Shown: one piece after another, positions 9,978 through 18,731 of the stretch
Layout: the number at the start of each line of letters is the position of its first letter
Numbering within the stretch: position 1 is the stretch's first letter
From: Burkholderiales bacterium
GTDB taxonomy: Bacteria > Pseudomonadota > Gammaproteobacteria > Burkholderiales > JAEUOS01
Length of the DNA: 64,000 bases
Direction: 5' to 3'
NCBI GenBank assembly: GCA_046160545.1
Contig: JBJXGS010000193.1
Location: forward strand, 13,487-77,486
The notes under the pieces: generated by a model
Databases searched by the model: none
The model's input: the letters and a program-made list of their open reading frames with translations, nothing else
What the model was told of the DNA's origin: nothing
Translations under genes and position numbers: made by a program

Positions 9978-11132
9978 ATGAACGACCTCCCCGACCCTGG
10001 CACGGACGCGCTGATCCACAGCGCGCGCGTCACCGACCACATTCGTCGCGCGATCGCCAATGCCGGCGGCTGGATCTCGTTCGAACGCTACATGGACCTG
10101 GCACTCCATGCACCCGGGCTCGGCTACTACGCCGCCGGCGCCGCGAAGTTCGGGGCGGCGGGTGACTTCGTCACCGCACCGGAAATTTCGTCGCTGTTCG
10201 GCCAGACGCTGGCTGTGCAGGTCGGCGAGGTGCTGGCCGCCAGCGGTGCGGCCGTGCTCGAGTTCGGCGCCGGAAGTGGACGCCTCGCGGCCGACCTCCT
10301 ATGCGCCTTGGGCCGGAGCTGCGGGGAGTACTTGATCCTCGAGACCTCGCCGGACCTGCGCGAGCGCCAGGCGCGCACCCTGTCGGCAGCTGGCCATGCC
10401 GGCCGCGTGCGCTGGCTGGATGTTCCGCCCACCCAATTTGCCGGCTGCCTCATCGCCAACGAAGTGCTCGATGCAATGCCGGTGCAAGTGGTCGCGCAGC
10501 GCGGCAGGCGTTGGGTCGAGCGAGGCGTGCGCGCTGATGGCAGGGCGGGCTTCGCCTGGGCCGACGGACCGGACGTTGAAGGGGTGGCGGCGATTCCGGA
10601 CGCGGCCGATTTTCCCGGGGGCTACCAGACCGAGATCAACCGCAGAGCGCCGGCCTGGGTCGATGCCGTGGGACGCACCCTCACCCACGGTGCGGCGCTG
10701 GTCGTCGACTACGGCTTCGCCGCGGCTGAGTACTACCACCCACAGCGTTCCGGCGGCACCCTCATGTGTCACACACGCCACCGCGCGCACACCGATCCCT
10801 TCTTCATGCCGGGCCTGACCGACATCACCGCCCATCTGGACTTCAGCTCACTGGCCGGTGCGGCGCGTGGCGCCGGGCTCGAGGTGCTGGGCTATGCGAC
10901 GCAGGCCAATTTCCTCATCAATTGCGGCATCACCGACCTCCTCGCACAGACCCCGGCCAGCGATGCGGTGACCTACCTGCCGCTGGCCAACCAGGCCAAC
11001 CGCCTGCTCTCGCCGGCCGAAATGGGTGAGCTCTTCAAGGTGATCGCATTCGGGCGCGGAATCGAAGATGCTCTCACCGGCTTTACCCGGGGCGACCGCC
11101 GCCACACCTTGTCGCCATGCGCACCCGTCTGA
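9978..11132 (+). CDS. MidA/NDUFAF7-family class I SAM-dependent methyltransferase (DUF185)
   Basis: The real start is MNDLPDPGTDALIHSAR at 9978. It contains FERYMDLALHAPGLGYYAAG and DFVTAPEIS. The upstream 333 codons of track ORF 8979..11132 are antisense to ttcA and the SDR gene. Confidence 0.85.
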   Translation: MNDLPDPGTDALIHSARVTDHIRRAIANAGGWISFERYMDLALHAPGLGYYAAGAAKFGAAGDFVTAPEISSLFGQTLAVQVGEVLAASGAAVLEFGAGSGRLAADLLCALGRSCGEYLILETSPDLRERQARTLSAAGHAGRVRWLDVPPTQFAGCLIANEVLDAMPVQVVAQRGRRWVERGVRADGRAGFAWADGPDVEGVAAIPDAADFPGGYQTEINRRAPAWVDAVGRTLTHGAALVVDYGFAAAEYYHPQRSGGTLMCHTRHRAHTDPFFMPGLTDITAHLDFSSLAGAARGAGLEVLGYATQANFLINCGITDLLAQTPASDAVTYLPLANQANRLLSPAEMGELFKVIAFGRGIEDALTGFTRGDRRHTLSPCAPV

Positions 11133-11812
11133 TCGCTGTAGTCATGGCCGCGATCGCCCCGGCTGCCTGGGCGGCCGAGCCTGCACCGTCGAAGGCAGGC
11201 ACACAGGCGTCAGCCACCGACCTGGTCGCGGCCGCGCGCGCACGCTGGGAGCAAAGCCCGCACGGCGAGATGCTCCGGCGCATCATTCCGCCCAACCTCA
11301 CGCCTGCGCAGCTCCCCGAGCCACGCTCGCGCGGCGCACGCCTCACCGTTGCCTACTGCGTGCAATGCCACAACCTCGCACCCCCGGCCATGCACGATGC
11401 CGACAAATGGCCTGGCATCGTCGAACGCATGCTGCCGCGCATGCAGGGGCGCGGCAACCGCGGCGAGCTCATGAACGAACTCATGGCCGGAGTGCGCGCG
11501 CCCAGCGACGAGGAAACCCAAGTCATCGTCGCCTACCTGCGCCGCCACGCGCAAAAGCGCGTCGAGGCCAACACCCTGCCCGAAGCCAACACCAGCCGCG
11601 CCTGGGTCAGCTTCACGCATGCCTGCGCGCAATGCCACACCCTGCCCGACCCGCGGCGCCACACGCGCGAAGCCTGGCCGGGCGTGGTCGCGCGCATGGA
11701 GCGCAATATGGAGTGGATGAACCGCGTCGTCGGCTCGCAGCGGGATCCACGCGAACCCCGCTATGACAGCGCCGAGATCGTCGCCTACCTGAGGCGGCAC
11801 GCCAGACCATGA
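11117..11812 (+). CDS. Periplasmic di-haem c-type cytochrome-like protein (internally duplicated module)
   Basis: It has a signal peptide and two CxxCH motifs (CVQCH, CAQCH). Each is followed by W-P-G-[IV]-V-x-R-M and ends in IVAYLRRHA. It overlaps the midA-like stop by 16 nt and the phoD start by 4 nt. Confidence 0.75.
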   Translation: MRTRLIAVVMAAIAPAAWAAEPAPSKAGTQASATDLVAAARARWEQSPHGEMLRRIIPPNLTPAQLPEPRSRGARLTVAYCVQCHNLAPPAMHDADKWPGIVERMLPRMQGRGNRGELMNELMAGVRAPSDEETQVIVAYLRRHAQKRVEANTLPEANTSRAWVSFTHACAQCHTLPDPRRHTREAWPGVVARMERNMEWMNRVVGSQRDPREPRYDSAEIVAYLRRHARP

Positions 11813-13410
11813 GCGCCGTGGTATCGCAGCGCCGGCGCGTCCTCATCGCCCTGACCGCAGCCGCCGCAGCGAGCGGGATGGCGGCATGCGCCGTGGGCAA
11901 CAGCGTTCGCGGCACGCGCTTTCCGTTTTCACCGTTCGGCCTCGGTGTCGCCAGCGGCTCCCCTGCGGCCGACGGCTTCGTGCTCTGGACCCGCTTGGTC
12001 GCCCCTGGGAATACGCCTTTGGCCGGCGTCGTCGGGCCGAATGGCCCCGTCGAAGTCGCCTGGGAAGTTGCCGATGACCAGGCGTTTGCGCGCATCGTCC
12101 GGCGCGGCGTTGCCATCGCCCCGGCCGGACTTGCGCACGCGGTCCATGTGCAAGTACACGGCCTCGCGCCCGATCGCCCGTACTTCTACCGCTTTCTCGC
12201 CGGCGACGCGGTGAGCCCGGTCGGTCGCTCGCGCACACTGCCGTCGCCGGACGCAGCCGTCGCACGCCTGCGCCTGGCCTACGCCTCCTGCCAGCGCTTC
12301 GAACACGGCTATTTCAGCGCCTATCGCCACATGCGCGACGACGATCCGGACTGCGTGCTGTTTCTGGGCGACTACATCTACGAGTACCCCGGCGCACAGA
12401 ACGCGGTACGCAACGTCGACGGCGCCTGGACCATGACCCTGGACGACTACCGGCGCCGTTACGCCCTCTACAAGGCCGACCCGGATCTCAAGGCGATGCA
12501 CGCCGCCGCGCCGTGGATCGTCACCTGGGACGACCACGAGGTGCAGAACGACTACGCCGGGACACGCGAAGGCAACGCCGGGCCGCCGACGGCTGACTTC
12601 CTCGCGCGCCGCGCTGCGGCCTACCAGGCCTGGTTCGAGCACCTCCCCGTCCCGCAAGCCGCGCTGACGCGCGCGCTCGCCAGCCTCATCCAGGGCGCCG
12701 AAACCCGCATTTACGGAAATTTCCGCGTCGGCCAACTGGCCGATATCGCGCTACTGGACACGCGCCAGTACCGCGCCCCGCAGGCCTGCTCGACCAGCGG
12801 CCGCACCCTAACCGCGACCGCGGAGCCGGCTGCCTGCGCCGAGTGGAACGACCCGGCGCGCAGTCTTCTCGGAACCGAGCAGGAGCGCTGGCTCGAAGGC
12901 GTCTACGCCCGCTCGAAAACCCGCTGGAACCTGCTCGCCCAGCAATGCATGTTCGGTGAACGCAACCTCTCCCCAGGCCGCGCGCGCACCCTGCTACGCG
13001 ACCCCTGGGACGGCTACCCGGCCGCGCGGCGCCGCGTGACCGACGCGTGGCTGCGACATCGCGTCGCCAACCCGGTGGTCTTTGGCGGCGACGCGCACGA
13101 GAACTGGGTCGGCCAGGTCAAGGCCGACTACGCCGACCCACGTAGTGCTGACGTGGGCGTCGAGTTTTGCGGCACCAGCGTCAGCTCGCGCGAATTCGAC
13201 CGCCGCCAGACCGCCGCGCAACTATCGGCGAACCCGCACTTCATCTTTGCCGACTCGGCGCAGCGTGGCTACGGGCTGGCCGAGTTCACACCGGGTCGGC
13301 TAGACGTGAAATTGCGCGTTGTCGATGACGTAACGCGGCGCGATGCCGGTGTCTCGACAATGGCGGACTTTGAGGTCGACGCTGGGCGCCCTCGTGTAGC
13401 GCGGCGATAG
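11809..13410 (+). CDS. phoD: Tat-exported PhoD-family alkaline phosphatase/phosphodiesterase
   Basis: 533 aa. It has the twin-arginine signal SQRRRVLIALTAAAAASG and the motifs GDYIYEY and WDDHEVQNDY. Confidence 0.9.
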   Translation: MSAVVSQRRRVLIALTAAAAASGMAACAVGNSVRGTRFPFSPFGLGVASGSPAADGFVLWTRLVAPGNTPLAGVVGPNGPVEVAWEVADDQAFARIVRRGVAIAPAGLAHAVHVQVHGLAPDRPYFYRFLAGDAVSPVGRSRTLPSPDAAVARLRLAYASCQRFEHGYFSAYRHMRDDDPDCVLFLGDYIYEYPGAQNAVRNVDGAWTMTLDDYRRRYALYKADPDLKAMHAAAPWIVTWDDHEVQNDYAGTREGNAGPPTADFLARRAAAYQAWFEHLPVPQAALTRALASLIQGAETRIYGNFRVGQLADIALLDTRQYRAPQACSTSGRTLTATAEPAACAEWNDPARSLLGTEQERWLEGVYARSKTRWNLLAQQCMFGERNLSPGRARTLLRDPWDGYPAARRRVTDAWLRHRVANPVVFGGDAHENWVGQVKADYADPRSADVGVEFCGTSVSSREFDRRQTAAQLSANPHFIFADSAQRGYGLAEFTPGRLDVKLRVVDDVTRRDAGVSTMADFEVDAGRPRVARR

Positions 13411-13520
13411 CAAGAGCCGGGCAAGTGACCCTCAAAGGGGGTCGAGCATTACCTGGCAGGTAATTGTCCGGACTCTGCGCGGCCGCAACACTGGCATCTT
13501 TCCCACGACAAGGAACTGCC

Positions 13521-13814
13521 GTGCTACGTGCCATCCTCATAGCTGTGCTTCTCGCCTTCGCTGCCCTCTCGGGCAAGGCCCTTTGGCAACACGGCTACTG
13601 GGGCCTCTTCGAGCCACTACTCAAAAGCAGCGCCGGCGTCCAGGTCCTGGTGGACCTGGTGATCGCGCTCAGCCTGTTTCTTGTGTGGATGTTCCGCGAT
13701 GCCAAGACCAGTGGTCGCAACCCTTGGCCATGGCTAGTTGTCACCTTGACACTTGGCTCTTTCGGCCCGCTTCTGTACCTGCTTGCCAACAAGCGCACAT
13801 CTGGCGCCGCGTGA
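13521..13814 (+). CDS. Small integral membrane protein (DUF2834/DUF1475-like)
   Basis: ORF 13464..13814. The GTG at 13521 is preceded by AAGGA. It has three hydrophobic helices, and the C-terminal NPWPWLVVTLTLGSFGPLLYLL resembles that family. Confidence 0.5.
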   Translation: MLRAILIAVLLAFAALSGKALWQHGYWGLFEPLLKSSAGVQVLVDLVIALSLFLVWMFRDAKTSGRNPWPWLVVTLTLGSFGPLLYLLANKRTSGAA

Positions 13815-14025
13815 TCTCGTTCCTGTGGCTGGCGCTTAGCGTTGGTGGCTACAACGCGCAGCTGGCAAGGGTCGTGGTCGCAGATCTCGTGGCGCTGGCT
13901 TGCCTTTTGATAGGCGGTGCTGCCCTGGCCGCGAGGCCGCAAACCGGCTAGCCGGAACCCCGGTTGGACTTCCCGATGCGGCGTCCGGCGTCCAGTCCGT
14001 TGGTCGCGACTGGCGCGGGCGTCTC

Positions 14026-14649
14026 CTAGCTCGCCGGCACCGCCATTCCACGCTTGACCGCCGGTCGCGCGCCGATGGTATCGAACCAGCGCTTCACGTT
14101 CGGAAAGTCATTCAGGTCGACCATATGCCACTCGTGGCGCGCCACCCAGGGGAAGGTTGCGATGTCGGCGATGGTGTATGCGCCTGCCGCCAGATAGGGT
14201 TCGCTCGCGAGTCGCTTGTCCATGACGCCGTAGAGGCGGCGCGTCTCCTTGCTGTAGCGCTCGATGCCGTAGGGCACCTTCTCGGGCGCCGCGCGCAGGA
14301 AGTGATGGGTCTGGCCGAACATCGGCCCGACGCTCGCCATCTGGAACATGAGCCATTGCAAGGCGTCGTACTTGCCGCGCGCAGACTTCGGCAGAAACTT
14401 GCCGGTCTTGCCGGCCAGGTAGACCAGGATGGCACCGGACTCCATGAGCGAGATGGGCTTGCCATCTGGTCCGTCGGAGTCGACGATCGCGGGAATCTTG
14501 CCGTTGGGATTGATCTCCAGGAACTCCGGCGTGAACTGCTCGTTCTTGCCGATGGCGACCGGGTGCGTGCGGTAAGACAGGTTGCACTCCTCAAGCATCA
14601 CCGACACCTTGCGCCCGTTGGGCGTACCCCATGTATACAGATCGATCAT
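14026..14649 (-). CDS. Nu-class glutathione S-transferase (YfcG/YghU-like)
   Basis: MIDLYTWGTPNGRKVSVMLEE...INPNGKIPAIVD...ESGAILVYLA. The ATG at 14649 is preferred over the track start at 14700. Confidence 0.85.
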   Translation of the reverse strand: MIDLYTWGTPNGRKVSVMLEECNLSYRTHPVAIGKNEQFTPEFLEINPNGKIPAIVDSDGPDGKPISLMESGAILVYLAGKTGKFLPKSARGKYDALQWLMFQMASVGPMFGQTHHFLRAAPEKVPYGIERYSKETRRLYGVMDKRLASEPYLAAGAYTIADIATFPWVARHEWHMVDLNDFPNVKRWFDTIGARPAVKRGMAVPAS

Positions 14650-14757
14650 CGCGTCATCTCCGGAAAATGAGGGCGCTACGCTATCACAAGCCCTCGCCAC
14701 CGGTTCTCCGCGCCAATACCGGAGCGGGTGCTTGTGTCCAGCACGTAGAATGTCTGC

Positions 14758-14952
14758 ATGCTCAAGTGGCTGATCGTCTTCGTGCTCGCCTGCATCGTGT
14801 TCTCGGCGATTCTGCCGCGCCTGGCACGCTTCGGTATTGGCCGCCTGCCCGGAGATGTACGCTTCACGGTGCGCGGCACCGAATACATCGTGCCGACTGC
14901 CTCCACGGCGCTATTCGCAGTGGTGTTCTGGCTCATCACCTACCTGATCTGA
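14758..14952 (+). CDS. DUF2905 small membrane protein
   Basis: 64 aa. It has two TM helices flanking the GIGRLPGDVRF motif typical of DUF2905. Confidence 0.7.
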   Translation: MLKWLIVFVLACIVFSAILPRLARFGIGRLPGDVRFTVRGTEYIVPTASTALFAVVFWLITYLI

Positions 14953-14974
14953 ACAGTCACTTTGGGGTCGTACC

Positions 14975-15742
14975 ATGTCCTGGAACCCGGAGCAGTACCT
15001 CAAATTTGAAGAGCCGCGCCTGCGTCCCGCGGTCGATCTCCTCGGACGCATCGGCCTCACAGCACCGCGCACGGTCTACGACCTGGGCTGCGGCACAGGC
15101 AATGTCACCCGGCTCATCGCGGCGCGCTGGCCGCAGGCTGCGATCACCGGGGTCGACGATTCCGGCGCGATGCTTGCACAGGCGGCGAAGAATCTGCCGT
15201 CCCTGCGCTGGGTCGAACAAAGCCTCGCGCAATGGTCAGCCGGGACACCTGCCGACCTGGTGTACTCCAACGCTGCGCTGCACTGGCTGGCGCATCACGA
15301 GCGATTGTTTGCACGCCTGGTCGGGCAGCTCGCGCCCGGCGGAGTGCTGGCGGTGCAGATGCCGCGCAATTTCGATGCACCCTCGCACACCGCGATCGCA
15401 CAGACGGTGGCTGCCGGTCCGTGGCGCGAACGATTAAGCCCGCTGGTCAAGCCGGCGCCGGTCGCGCCGCCGCAGAGCTACTACGCATGGTTGAAGCCAC
15501 TGGCTGCGAACCTGGATATCTGGGAGACCGAGTACCTGCAGGTCCTGACCGGTCCCGACGCGGTCAAGGAATGGACCAAGGGCACCTGGCTCAAGCAGTT
15601 CCTGGACGCGCTCGAGCCCGCGGCAGCCGCCGACTTCGAGGCAGCCTATGCAGAACGGGTGCGCGCCGCGTATCCAATGCGAGCCGACGGCCGCACCCTG
15701 TTTCCGTTTCGCCGACTCTTCATCGTACTCACGCGCTCGTAA
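14975..15742 (+). CDS. tam: Trans-aconitate 2-methyltransferase
   Basis: 255 aa. It starts MSWNPEQYLKFEEPRLRPAVDLL and contains the SAM motif VYDLGCGTGN. Confidence 0.85.
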   Translation: MSWNPEQYLKFEEPRLRPAVDLLGRIGLTAPRTVYDLGCGTGNVTRLIAARWPQAAITGVDDSGAMLAQAAKNLPSLRWVEQSLAQWSAGTPADLVYSNAALHWLAHHERLFARLVGQLAPGGVLAVQMPRNFDAPSHTAIAQTVAAGPWRERLSPLVKPAPVAPPQSYYAWLKPLAANLDIWETEYLQVLTGPDAVKEWTKGTWLKQFLDALEPAAAADFEAAYAERVRAAYPMRADGRTLFPFRRLFIVLTRS

Positions 15743-15776
15743 GGTGGTTGGGCGCAGGCGGGATCGCTCGCCCAGC

Positions 15777-16445
15777 CTATTGCGGCGCCTCGCCCTTCTC
15801 CCGGGCGCCCGGACGTCCGGGCGCGTTACTACGCTGCTTCATGCGGTAAGCGCGCATTTCCTCGCGCGTCAACTGCCCGTCGCCGTTGGCATCCATCGCG
15901 GCGAAGTTCTGCGCCAGCATCGGTGAGGCTCGCGCCGCCTCGTCCTCCGAGAGCATGCCGTCACCGTTGCTGTCGGCCTTCTTGAACATCTCATCGGCTT
16001 GCGAACGCATCTCCTCGCGCGCGGGCCGGCGGCCATCACCTGCGCGCGGTGCGCCGGGCTCGCCCCGGGCTGCATGGGGACCTGAGCGGCCAGGACCTGC
16101 GCCGCTGCCCGCCTGAGGGCTGCCTTCGGCCGTCGCGGCACGGCGCCGCTCCATGGCCGCGCGAACCTCATCCGGCGTGACCTTGCCATCACCATTGGTG
16201 TCGATGGCGGCGAAGTGCTCGGCGATGCGCGGCATCCCCTGTTCGGCCTCGGCGCGGGTGAGCGCGCCATCGCCGTCGGCGTCCGCCTTCTTGAAGCGCT
16301 CCTCGAACATCTGGCGCATGCGCTCGGGATCCGGTCGTCCGCCAGCAGGGCGCGCTTCGGGGGCAGCCTGCGCCGGCGACTGAGCAAAGGCGGCCGCGGG
16401 CAGCAGGGCGGCGGCGAGCAAGGAGAGAGCGAACCTGGCTTTCAT
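15777..16445 (-). CDS. Secreted four-EF-hand calcium-binding protein
   Basis: It has a signal peptide and the loops DADGDGALTRAE, DTNGDGKVTPDE, DSNGDGMLSEDE and DANGDGQLTREE. The two halves are an internal duplication. Confidence 0.85.
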   Translation of the reverse strand: MKARFALSLLAAALLPAAAFAQSPAQAAPEARPAGGRPDPERMRQMFEERFKKADADGDGALTRAEAEQGMPRIAEHFAAIDTNGDGKVTPDEVRAAMERRRAATAEGSPQAGSGAGPGRSGPHAARGEPGAPRAGDGRRPAREEMRSQADEMFKKADSNGDGMLSEDEAARASPMLAQNFAAMDANGDGQLTREEMRAYRMKQRSNAPGRPGAREKGEAPQ

Positions 16446-16533
16446 GTGATGCCTTCCGATGGCAGTGCGGATGGCGCCACTCTAGCCAAGCCCGTCGCTA
16501 CGCGCCAGTGCGAGCAACATGCGGTTACAGGAT

Positions 16534-17637
16534 TTACGAGCCGGCCAGCGCCGCGCTCACGGCCGCGACGCGCGCCTCGCGCAGTGCCGCCTGTATCGCC
16601 GCCGGCCCGGACTGGCCACGCGCGATGGCGCCGGCGTCGATGCCAAGACAAGCATCCAGCGCCACCGCAATACGTTGCGCGCCGGCCTCGGATACGCCGC
16701 CGGCCAGTGCGACTCGCAGCAGGGCTGCCAGACGCTGCGGCTGGCGCAAGCCATCCGCCTGCTGCACGAAGTCGACGAGTTCCCGGGCGTCCAGGCCGTC
16801 GCCTCGCGCCAACACCGCGCCATGGCGTTCGTGAAGCACGGCGAGGTCGCGCGCGTCGGTCGGCACCCGCAAGCGGACACAGAGGCCCCTCACCCTGTCT
16901 TCGCCGAGTCCGATAGTCGCGCAGGCGAAGCGCTCGGGCAGGGCCAGGCCGTGCGCGGCGGCCTGCCTGAGCGCGAGCATGCCCGGCGCCTCCGGCAGCC
17001 AGGGTGTGAGCTCCGGGGCGATACGCGTGAGCGCTGCGGCCGCTTCCAGCATGGCGAACATCGCCACCGGGTCGCGCTCCATGAGTCCGCGCGAAAGCTC
17101 CTGCCAGACGCGCTCGGGTACCAGGGCATCGACCTCGCCCTCGGCCGCCATGCGGCGCATCAGGACCAGGGTTTCCGGTGCAATCGAAAATCCGAAGCGT
17201 GCAACAAAGCGCGCCGCGCGCAGGATGCGTACAGGGTCTTCGACAAAGGCCGGGCCGACATGGCGCAGCACGCGCGCCTCCAGGTCGCGTCGCCCGCCGA
17301 ACGGGTCGATGAGCGCAGCCTCGCGATCGTCGGCGGCGCGCGCCATGGCGTTGACGGTGAAATCGCGTCGCGCCAAATCCTCTTCGAGCGTGACGTCGGG
17401 AGCTGCATGAAAGACAAAGCCCGCATAGCCGGGCGCGGTCTTGCGCTCGGTGCGCGCCAATGCATACTCCTCGTGCGTCTGCGGATGCAAAAAGACCGGA
17501 AAATCACGCCCGACCGGCTTGAAGCCTGCGCGCACCATGTCTTCGGGAGTGGCGCCGGTCACGACCCAGTCACGGTCTCCGGCGGCAAGACCGAGGAGTT
17601 CGTCGCGCAGCGATCCGCCGACCTGATGGATACGCAT
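16534..17637 (-). CDS. cca: CCA-adding tRNA nucleotidyltransferase (class II) with a degenerate C-terminal HD region
   Basis: Contains MRIHQVGGSLRDELLG..DRDWVV and ERKTAPGY. At 367 aa it is shorter than the 412-aa E. coli Cca. No HD dipeptide occurs in the C-terminal half. Confidence 0.85.
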   Translation of the reverse strand: MRIHQVGGSLRDELLGLAAGDRDWVVTGATPEDMVRAGFKPVGRDFPVFLHPQTHEEYALARTERKTAPGYAGFVFHAAPDVTLEEDLARRDFTVNAMARAADDREAALIDPFGGRRDLEARVLRHVGPAFVEDPVRILRAARFVARFGFSIAPETLVLMRRMAAEGEVDALVPERVWQELSRGLMERDPVAMFAMLEAAAALTRIAPELTPWLPEAPGMLALRQAAAHGLALPERFACATIGLGEDRVRGLCVRLRVPTDARDLAVLHERHGAVLARGDGLDARELVDFVQQADGLRQPQRLAALLRVALAGGVSEAGAQRIAVALDACLGIDAGAIARGQSGPAAIQAALREARVAAVSAALAGS

Positions 17638-17662
17638 CGCCAGCCGCGCCGGCGCGCCGGGG

Positions 17663-18622
17663 TCAGCGACCCGAGCGGTCGCGCAGGCGCATGTAGCGCT
17701 CGCGCGGCGTCTCGCGCGCCAGATGGTGCGTCATCACCGCCGCCACGCTTGCCGGAACGACAGCCAGTTCGGCGGCAAATCCGTCCGCGCTGACGCTGTC
17801 GATCTTCAACGAATCGAGGTTGTCGCGCGACAGCAGCTTGACCGGGGCGAACTCCATGCAGAGGGCTTGCAGACGTGCAAGTGCGTCGGGCAAGGCAAAG
17901 ACTGGCCTGGGGCAACCGGCCGCTTGTCCCGCGAAACGCACCAGTTCACCCAGCGTATAGACGCGCGGGCCGGCCAGATCGTAGGCCTTGCCGAAGGTGG
18001 CAGGGGTTTCCAGTGAGTTGACAAAGGCCTGCGCCACATCTTCAACATGCACCGGCTGCAACCTGGCGTGCGCGCCGCCGAGCGGAATGAAGGGCGCCAC
18101 GCGCTGCATGGCGGCAAACAGGTTCAGGAAGCGGTCGTCACGCCCGAATATCACCGACGGCCGGAAAATCGTCCAGTCGAGCGTATTGCCAGCCGCGCGC
18201 ACTGCGGCTTCGCCGGCTGCCTTGGAGCGCAGGTACATCGATGGTCCATCGGCGGCGGCACCCAGCGAACTCATATGCAGCAGGCGACGCACGCCCGTGG
18301 CTTGACAGGCCGCGACGATACTGGCCGGCAGGTCAACGTGGGCGCGACGGAACGCGGAGCCGTACGGCGTGCCGCGGTCGCCATGCAGGATTCCAACCAG
18401 GCTGATGACCGCATCGGCAGCCGCCACCAGTTCCCGAAGGGTCCCGGGCTCATGCACATTGGCCTCGACTACGTCGGCGGTCGGCAGAGTGATGAGGTGC
18501 TTGGCGCGCTCGCGACGACGCGTCGGCACCACCACGCGTGCTCCGGTAGCGGCGAGCCGGCGCACGATAGCCGAACCTACGAATCCACTGCCGCCAACCA
18601 CGAGAATGTTGCGCATCGCCAT
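17663..18622 (-). CDS. NAD(P)H-binding NDUFA9/NmrA-like epimerase-fold protein
   Basis: 319 aa with the N-terminal ILVVGGSGFVGSAIVRRL Rossmann motif. Confidence 0.8.
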   Translation of the reverse strand: MAMRNILVVGGSGFVGSAIVRRLAATGARVVVPTRRRERAKHLITLPTADVVEANVHEPGTLRELVAAADAVISLVGILHGDRGTPYGSAFRRAHVDLPASIVAACQATGVRRLLHMSSLGAAADGPSMYLRSKAAGEAAVRAAGNTLDWTIFRPSVIFGRDDRFLNLFAAMQRVAPFIPLGGAHARLQPVHVEDVAQAFVNSLETPATFGKAYDLAGPRVYTLGELVRFAGQAAGCPRPVFALPDALARLQALCMEFAPVKLLSRDNLDSLKIDSVSADGFAAELAVVPASVAAVMTHHLARETPRERYMRLRDRSGR

Positions 18623-18731
18623 GACCAGATCGTTACCGTAAGAATCGCAGATGTGAAATTCTAGGCCATCGGCCGGCGCGCGTAGCTCCCCTGCGGACAG
18701 GCCTGTGCGCGTACTCCACGCGAAGCCCCGC

